Shown in pieces: positions 58,067 to 64,000 of a stretch of 64,000 nucleotides of DNA. The position numbers and the translations under genes were made by a program. This DNA comes from an uncultured Candidatus Saccharibacteria bacterium (GTDB lineage: Bacteria; Patescibacteriota; Saccharimonadia; Saccharimonadales; JAGQNJ01), in contig CAZNZL010000002.1 in NCBI GenBank assembly GCA_964577565.1, positions 88,650-152,649 of the forward strand, given 5' to 3'. The notes below the pieces were generated by a model. That model saw only the letters and a list, made by a program, of their open reading frames with translations, did no database searches and was not told the DNA's origin. The first letter of the stretch is position 1. Every line of letters starts with the position of its first letter.

Positions 58067-58765
58067 ATGAGTGATCATGATCCATACTCATTTGGTAAAC
58101 GCTGGCCTGAAGAATTTGAATTATTTGAGCAAGATGTAGCGGACACTCCAGTTGTACCCCCTGAAGCTTTTGAATCCTCAGAGGTGCCAGCCGAGGTTAC
58201 TCACGCAAATAGGCATGAGCTACTTATGGCGTCGCCAGGTGTTTTACTTGAAGATCTAAACTTACATGATCGTTTAGAAATTATTACAGACAATCACCCT
58301 AGTTCAGAACTCGAGGGCAGGCTCTACATCCAGTTGTTGCCTTGGCACAATCAAAAAAGCATACCATCAGGCGAGGCGGTGCGTGCCTACGTTTTAAGTT
58401 CTACGTTGCCTGAGTTGCAGCCAAATATCCAAGTAAGCATAAACGGGGCTTGCATTGGCGATTACATGCCACAAACTGGCATAATCAGGCGGGACTGTAA
58501 CGTAATGTTGTCACGTATTTCTATGATTCCACTTAATGAGGCTATCCGAGGACAAACAGAACCCACACCTGACTACATAAAAAAGATGCTTGATAAAGGT
58601 GGGTGGGAAATGGATCCCAAGACCGGACTAATTTATGTGTTACACACTGGTGACCCTATCATAACGCCTCCTGTTACAAATCTGCGCAAGAGAGAGCCCG
58701 GAAGCACCGAAGATGTGCAACTTGAATGGCAACCGGCTTCTACGTTTAATCCTGACCAAGACTAA
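58067..58765 (+). CDS. Hypothetical protein, paralog of 38928-39503
   Basis: TGGTATAAT immediately upstream of ATG 58067. Confidence 0.7.
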   Translation: MSDHDPYSFGKRWPEEFELFEQDVADTPVVPPEAFESSEVPAEVTHANRHELLMASPGVLLEDLNLHDRLEIITDNHPSSELEGRLYIQLLPWHNQKSIPSGEAVRAYVLSSTLPELQPNIQVSINGACIGDYMPQTGIIRRDCNVMLSRISMIPLNEAIRGQTEPTPDYIKKMLDKGGWEMDPKTGLIYVLHTGDPIITPPVTNLRKREPGSTEDVQLEWQPASTFNPDQD

Positions 58766-58779
58766 CGTATTATAAAAAC

Positions 58780-60078
58780 ATGAACGGCCGCAAACTAGTT
58801 AAAAAAGCACTGCCTAAAGCTGCGTTTCGAAAAATAGCGCCCTATGGCCACTGGGCAGAGGCGGTCATTGCACAGCAAAAACATCGTTTTCCGGCTAAAA
58901 CCTTGAAGGTTATTGGCGTGACAGGGACGGATGGCAAGACTACAACCTGTAATTTAATTGCAGCTATGCTGCGCCATAGCGGTAAAAAGGTAGCCATGAT
59001 AACGACTGCTAGCGTGGATTATGGCGACGGCAAGGGCCCCGGTCCTAACCCAACCTCGCTAACTACCGGCAATGTGTTCCAGATAATGAAGCTGATTGAA
59101 AAAATCAACCAGCACAATGTGGAATGGCTGGTGCTAGAGGTGTCAAGCCATGCCCTTGATCAGCGCCGGGTGTGGGGTATTCCGTTTAGCATTGCGGTTC
59201 ACACCAACATGAGCCAAGAGCACCTTGATTATCACGGCACGTTTGAGAATTATCGCAAAGCTAAACAACGGCTTTTTAAGCTGTGTAATGCCAATAAAAC
59301 CGGTCTGCAAACAGGTATTATTAATGCCGATGACCGCACCGCGCTGTACTTTGTAAAAGATATTAAAAATGCCGTAACGTACGGTGTTAAAAAAGGCGGT
59401 ATTAAGGCTCATAATGTTGAATCAACCCTAACTGGCAATGCTTTTGAGGCCACCGTTGACGGCGAAACGTATTACATTAATTCGCCATTAGTGGGTGAAT
59501 TTAATGTCTATAACGCGTTGGCGGCAGTTGGAGTGGGGCGAGCACTAGGCCTCACTAAAAAACAGATTGAAAGTGGTATTGCGGTCTTAAAGAGTGTGCC
59601 TGGACGCATGATGCCTCTTACAGCAGGTCAAAAATATAAGGTTTTTGTTGATTATGCAGTGACGCCAGCAGCGATTGAAAATGTCTTAAGGACATTACGA
59701 GAGGTGGCGCCAAAAAGTAAAATCCATATTGTTTTTGGTGCCACTGGTGACCGCGATAAAGCCAAGCGCCCCATGATGGGCAATGTTGCCGCTAGCCTAG
59801 CGGATTTTGTGTATTTGACCGATGATGAAACGTATACCGAAGACCCCGAAACAATTCGGCAAGCGGTCTTTGATGGGGTGCGGCCAAAAGATCGCGCTAA
59901 AGTGACCATAATTGGTGACCGTAAAGAGGCGATTCGCGCTGCCCTTACCAATGCAAAAAACAGTGACGTCGTGGTGATTACGGGAATAGGCCATCAAACG
60001 ACGCGCAACATGGGCGGCAAAAAGCAAAAATGGAGCGATATAGAAGTTACAAAGCAATTACTAAAAGCCAAAAAATAA
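58780..60078 (+). CDS. murE: UDP-N-acetylmuramyl-tripeptide synthetase (MurE family)
   Basis: GVTGTDGKTT, LEVSSH, EHLDYH, PGRM, VDYA, FGATGDRD..KRP.MG, GIGH. Confidence 0.9.
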   Translation: MNGRKLVKKALPKAAFRKIAPYGHWAEAVIAQQKHRFPAKTLKVIGVTGTDGKTTTCNLIAAMLRHSGKKVAMITTASVDYGDGKGPGPNPTSLTTGNVFQIMKLIEKINQHNVEWLVLEVSSHALDQRRVWGIPFSIAVHTNMSQEHLDYHGTFENYRKAKQRLFKLCNANKTGLQTGIINADDRTALYFVKDIKNAVTYGVKKGGIKAHNVESTLTGNAFEATVDGETYYINSPLVGEFNVYNALAAVGVGRALGLTKKQIESGIAVLKSVPGRMMPLTAGQKYKVFVDYAVTPAAIENVLRTLREVAPKSKIHIVFGATGDRDKAKRPMMGNVAASLADFVYLTDDETYTEDPETIRQAVFDGVRPKDRAKVTIIGDRKEAIRAALTNAKNSDVVVITGIGHQTTRNMGGKKQKWSDIEVTKQLLKAKK

Positions 60079-60291
60079 AAAATCCCTAATATGGGACATA
60101 TAACAAGGTTTGTAAAGCAGCGTTTTTTCTATCAATTTCCGACCAATCGGTAGAAAATGACGCTGCTTGTGGCGTGAACTGGATGCTGGTACGTGCCCGG
60201 GGGACAGAACTGGTTACCGATGGTTTCGGTAAGGTTCTTATCAACCCCGGGCAGCACTCCCAGCGATCTTCAGTTGCCTGACCTCAGAGAG

Positions 60292-60696
60292 TCAGGACTT
60301 GCGACTCCTCCGCGGGTCGCGCTTGCGCGGGGTGTTGCGGGAGGTCCGCGAAGGGCCGGCGGGAACCTGGCTCTCGTTCGCGGTGGTCTTGTCGTCCTCG
60401 GGCTGCTTGCTGCCGCGCTTGAGTGCGGTGGCCTGTTCGATGATGAACGTGATCAGCCTTTTGGCCTCGGTGCGCGAGACGGGTGCGTCAGTCGTCACAT
60501 GGACGACTTCGGTCCCGATGAGGAGCTTGGCGTCCATGTCCTCGAGTCGATCGGTGATCGAGCTCTCGGTCATGAAGGGGACGATGTCCTCGATGCCGCT
60601 CCTCCAGAGCTGCATCTTCTTGACCCGGCTGTCGTTGGCACTCACGACTTCGTACGTGAGCTGGACTTGCCGGTCACCGATTCGTGTCTTTGGCAT
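60292..60696 (-). CDS. Hypothetical protein in a high-GC segment
   Basis: AGGAGG SD + ATG; codons mostly G/C-ending. Confidence 0.65.
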   Translation of the reverse strand: MPKTRIGDRQVQLTYEVVSANDSRVKKMQLWRSGIEDIVPFMTESSITDRLEDMDAKLLIGTEVVHVTTDAPVSRTEAKRLITFIIEQATALKRGSKQPEDDKTTANESQVPAGPSRTSRNTPRKRDPRRSRKS

Positions 60697-60811
60697 CGTA
60701 CCTCCTAAGGTACTGTAGTCGGATAAGACGGGGGTATTATACCACTAGCGTTACGCTTATTCAAGATATAAAGTTGAATATAAACGAAATATATTGTAAA
60801 ATAACAATCAT

Positions 60812-61447
60812 ATGACAAGTATTGAAGGTGGCTCTAGCCCAGAATTTTATCCCGATTATATTGATTTATTGAGCACAATTGCAATTGTGTTTGACGAAGC
60901 ATTTTTAGAGATGGGAAGAGATCGTGGTCGAGGAAGAGCTGATTGGGTGCAGGTTGACACTATGAGTAGCGAATCGCCTATGTACAGTGTATTGCTGAGC
61001 CCTACTGGCGGTAAGCCTGAGGCAGGTAGTGAAATGATCAGGTTAATGGCGCGACCAAATCCTAAGCTTGCAGATCTCAATATAACCGATATTGAACAAG
61101 TAGCAGCGTGGATGTTTAATAACGACACTGGTGAGTTGGCCTACGACACCAGTGCTTTTTTTGTTGAACATCGGCTAGATGACGGTTCAAAAAAATATCA
61201 TGTAGTAACAGAACAAGGCTTTAAGCCGTGGCTACCATCTTATCAAGCTTCTAGATCGTTGGGCGAACTCGCAATGCCCACAGATTTTAGCGTGGAAGAT
61301 ATTGTACAAGCAAAGCCTGCCAGAGAAGATCAGAACTCAGAAAAAATGAAAAAACTAGCAGCAGCAGATCGTAAGTATGCTCGTGAACTAAAGAATAAAA
61401 TTTCACCTGATTCTAGAGATCAGTGGTTTCTGGTGCCTCAAAACTAA
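60812..61447 (+). CDS. Hypothetical protein
   Basis: 211-aa ORF with upstream TTGAAT...TAAAAT promoter. Confidence 0.65.
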   Translation: MTSIEGGSSPEFYPDYIDLLSTIAIVFDEAFLEMGRDRGRGRADWVQVDTMSSESPMYSVLLSPTGGKPEAGSEMIRLMARPNPKLADLNITDIEQVAAWMFNNDTGELAYDTSAFFVEHRLDDGSKKYHVVTEQGFKPWLPSYQASRSLGELAMPTDFSVEDIVQAKPAREDQNSEKMKKLAAADRKYARELKNKISPDSRDQWFLVPQN

Positions 61448-61453
61448 CCTCTC

Positions 61454-61522
61454 TTGACAAAAAAATTAGCAATTGAGTATAGTGAGTGCTGAAAGTTGGC
61501 ACTCTAGCCTTGAAAGTGCCAA
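61454..61522 (+). promoter_or_regulatory. groESL promoter with two CIRCE (HrcA) operators
   Basis: TTGACA-18-TATAGT; TTAGCAATT-N9-GAGTGCTGA (61466-61492) and TTGGCACTC-N9-AAGTGCCAA (61496-61522) vs consensus TTAGCACTC-N9-GAGTGCTAA. Confidence 0.88.
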
Positions 61523-61567
61523 CTCACTTCTATACAATAGAGTAAACAGAGTAATAAGGAGGATTAC

Positions 61568-61861
61568 ATGGCTGTACCTATTCAACCATTAGCAGATTAT
61601 GTCATAGCCGAGGCAGAAGCGGCCAAAACTAAAACAGCAAGCGGACTGTATGTGCCTGATAGTGCGCAAGAAAAACCATCAACTGCCAAGGTTCTAGCGG
61701 TTGGTCCGGGTAAAGTGGGCGATGATAACAAACGCGTACCGGTAGGCGTAAAAGTGGGCGACCGGATTATATATAAAAGTTACAGTACGACTGAAGTTAA
61801 ACACGACGGCAAAGTATACATTTTAGTAAAAGAAGATGACATTTTAGCGGTCGTCAAATAA
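61568..61861 (+). CDS. groS: Co-chaperonin GroES
   Basis: PLADYV, KTASGLYVPDSAQEKP, AVGPG, VKVGD. Confidence 0.98.
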   Translation: MAVPIQPLADYVIAEAEAAKTKTASGLYVPDSAQEKPSTAKVLAVGPGKVGDDNKRVPVGVKVGDRIIYKSYSTTEVKHDGKVYILVKEDDILAVVK

Positions 61862-61877
61862 CAGAGGAGGTTCTTGA

Positions 61878-63530
61878 ATGGCAAAAAAAGTTTTTTATGA
61901 TGAAGACGCGCGCCGAAGAGTACTAGAAGGCGCAAAAATTTTATACGAAGCCGTAAAGACTACAATGGGTCCAAAAGGCCGCAACGTAGTTATTAGCAAA
62001 TCATACGGCAACCCAACCGTAACACATGACGGCGTAACCGTAGCAAAAGGTGTAGAAATAGAAGATAAAGACGATGAGACCCTGGGCTACAAAGTGGGAG
62101 CAGAGCTTATCAAACAAGCTGCCAGCAAGATGAACGATGTGGCCGGTGACGGTACGACCACGGTTACGGTGTTGACCTACCACATTTTAAATGAAGCTAA
62201 TAAGCTGATTGCGGCCGGTCACAACCCAATGCTGCTTCGAAAGGGCTTAGAGAAAGCCGCTCATGACGTTTTAAGACAACTTGGTGGCATGAGCGAAGAC
62301 ATTAAGAGTAACAAACAGCGCGTGGCTGAGGTAGCAACTATTAGTGCCGGTGATCCAGAAATCGGCAACCTTATTGCCGATGTCATTGAAAAGGTCGGCA
62401 AAGACGGTGTAGTCACGGTAGAAGAAGGCCAAAGCCTGATGCTCGAGAGCGAAGTCGTAGAAGGCTTTACGATGGATCGTGGTTTTGTGAGCCCGTACAT
62501 GGTAACCGATGCAACACGCATGGAAGCTGTAGTTGAAAAGCCAGCCATCATCATTACCGATAAAAAGATTTCTTCTGTCCAGGAATTCCTACCAATCTTA
62601 GAGAAGTTAGCCCAAGCCGGCAAAAAAGACCTTATCATCATCGCCGAAGATGTAGAGGGCGAAGTGCTCGGCACGTTGGTGCTCAACAAGCTTAAGGGTG
62701 TGCTAAATGCGGTTGCTATTAAAGCACCATCATTTGGTGACCGCCGTAAAGACATCTTGCAAGACATCGCTATTTTAACTGGTGGTGCGCTGATTAGCGA
62801 AGAACAGGGTATGACCTTTGAAAACGTCGACCTTGACGTAATTGGTACAGCTCGCAAAGTGATTGTAACCAAAGACGAATCAACCATCATTGAAGGCGGT
62901 GGCCGCGCATCAGAGGTGAAAGAGCGCATTGCCCAGATTGCTGCGCAAGCAGATAACGCCTCAAGCGAATACGACAAAGAGCAGCTTGATAAGCGCCGTG
63001 CCGCTTTGCAAGGTAAAGTTGCCGTCATTAAAGTTGGTGGCGCCACTGAGACCGAGATCGAAGAGAAGAAGTTCCGCGTTGATGATGCTGTTGCAGCAAC
63101 TAAAGCAGCGCTCGAAGAAGGTATTGTACCGGGCGGCGGTGTAACCCTTGTTAACTTGGCTGAAGCTATTAAAGCTAGCGGCGCTGATAGCCAGTCTGCC
63201 GGTGCACAGCTGCTGAAGAGCGCCCTTGAACAGCCGTTCAGAATCTTAATGCAAAATGCGGCAGTCAACCCTGACGAATGGCTACCTCAGGTTAAAAAAG
63301 CTAAGGCAGGCCAAGGTGTGGACGTAAATACCCCAACAAAACTGGTTGACCTTAAAGCGGCTGGTATTGTCGACCCATCTCGCGTAACCAAAGAGGCGAT
63401 TCAAAATGCTGTATCTGTTGCTGGCACCAGTATGACTATGGGTGCGTTAGTGGTGGATGTGCCAGAAAAAGAGGCTCCAGCCCCAGCCGGCGGTGGTATG
63501 GGTATGGGCGGCGGCATGATGGGCATGTAA
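61878..63530 (+). CDS. groL: Chaperonin GroEL
   Basis: [26 protein letters not shown]-terminal tail. Confidence 0.99.
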   Translation: MAKKVFYDEDARRRVLEGAKILYEAVKTTMGPKGRNVVISKSYGNPTVTHDGVTVAKGVEIEDKDDETLGYKVGAELIKQAASKMNDVAGDGTTTVTVLTYHILNEANKLIAAGHNPMLLRKGLEKAAHDVLRQLGGMSEDIKSNKQRVAEVATISAGDPEIGNLIADVIEKVGKDGVVTVEEGQSLMLESEVVEGFTMDRGFVSPYMVTDATRMEAVVEKPAIIITDKKISSVQEFLPILEKLAQAGKKDLIIIAEDVEGEVLGTLVLNKLKGVLNAVAIKAPSFGDRRKDILQDIAILTGGALISEEQGMTFENVDLDVIGTARKVIVTKDESTIIEGGGRASEVKERIAQIAAQADNASSEYDKEQLDKRRAALQGKVAVIKVGGATETEIEEKKFRVDDAVAATKAALEEGIVPGGGVTLVNLAEAIKASGADSQSAGAQLLKSALEQPFRILMQNAAVNPDEWLPQVKKAKAGQGVDVNTPTKLVDLKAAGIVDPSRVTKEAIQNAVSVAGTSMTMGALVVDVPEKEAPAPAGGGMGMGGGMMGM

Positions 63531-63810
63531 AAACTATCACACCACGCTTGCCTGTCTTCTGACAGAGCCAGAAGCTCTGCCAGCGTTCTTGGCACCCATC
63601 ACGTTTTTTCTTTCCGGTACGCCCTCAACGTATCATTTATACGTTTCGGTTTGTTCCTCAAGAAAAAAACGCACTGGTCACTCAAGTGTGAAAGTTTTGT
63701 AAAAAAATCGAAAAGCGGCTTCGCCGGACCGATCCTGCTCTTCCCAAAAAAGAGGCTTGGCGAGAGGTCTCTTTTATTTTGGCGATTAAAATGCTATAAT
63801 ATATTAAATT

Positions 63811-64000
63811 ATGAATGATTTTACAGGTGAAGCAGATTTTAGCAGACAAGTAGAAGATGCAATTGCCAAAGATGCTGAGTTTATTGATTCAGCCCACAAA
63901 CTTGTTAATTCACTTGTCACAAATGGCATGGTGCGGGCCTACTGGAACATGTACCAAAAGGATCCAAGTGTTGAAGTTTTAGGTTCACCTGATCTAGATG
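63811..64000 (+). CDS. Hypothetical protein, partial (runs off the window)
   Basis: TGCTATAAT upstream; MNDFTGEADFSRQVEDAIAKD... open to the window end. Confidence 0.55.
   Translation, partial: MNDFTGEADFSRQVEDAIAKDAEFIDSAHKLVNSLVTNGMVRAYWNMYQKDPSVEVLGSPDLD

Noticed and set aside
60193-60718. Plus-strand ORFs 60193-60708 and 60299-60718
   Set aside because: By-products of high GC; the minus-strand ORF has the SD and natural codon pattern.
62261-63268. 335-aa ORF antisense to groEL
   Set aside because: Typical antisense shadow ORF of a codon-biased chaperonin gene.

Overview
Origin-of-replication region of a small-genome bacterium, most likely Patescibacteria/Saccharibacteria. This is inferred from the jag-yidC-rnpA-rpmH-dnaA-dnaN-recF block followed directly by a relaxase-less VirB4/PrgI/VirB6 locus with six arrayed VirB2-like pilins, many apparently leaderless genes, and standard genetic code. 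The window also holds four tRNAs, a serine-recombinase island at tRNA-Arg(GCG), a quinone-linked redox operon, valS, tsaD, murE and a CIRCE-controlled groESL. The most unusual signals are non-coding. (1) Two unrelated tRNAs, Ser-GCT and Arg-GCG, share a conserved ~70-nt 5' leader. Each is also followed by a degenerate copy of its own 3' end carrying a homologous 57-nt covarying hairpin in the T-loop. (2) Downstream of tRNA-Arg is an integron-like tandem array of small gene cassettes delimited by conserved arms meeting at the tRNA 3'-end core GTACCA. The adjacent large serine recombinase has its att site inside its own gene, so excision would swap its C-terminus. Other oddities are an in-frame palindromic insertion in tsaD, an in-frame TAG splitting the VirB6-like gene, a shared promoter motif on orphan genes, a ~470-nt structured RNA candidate and a Pup-like protein. 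All calls are by eye, without database searches.
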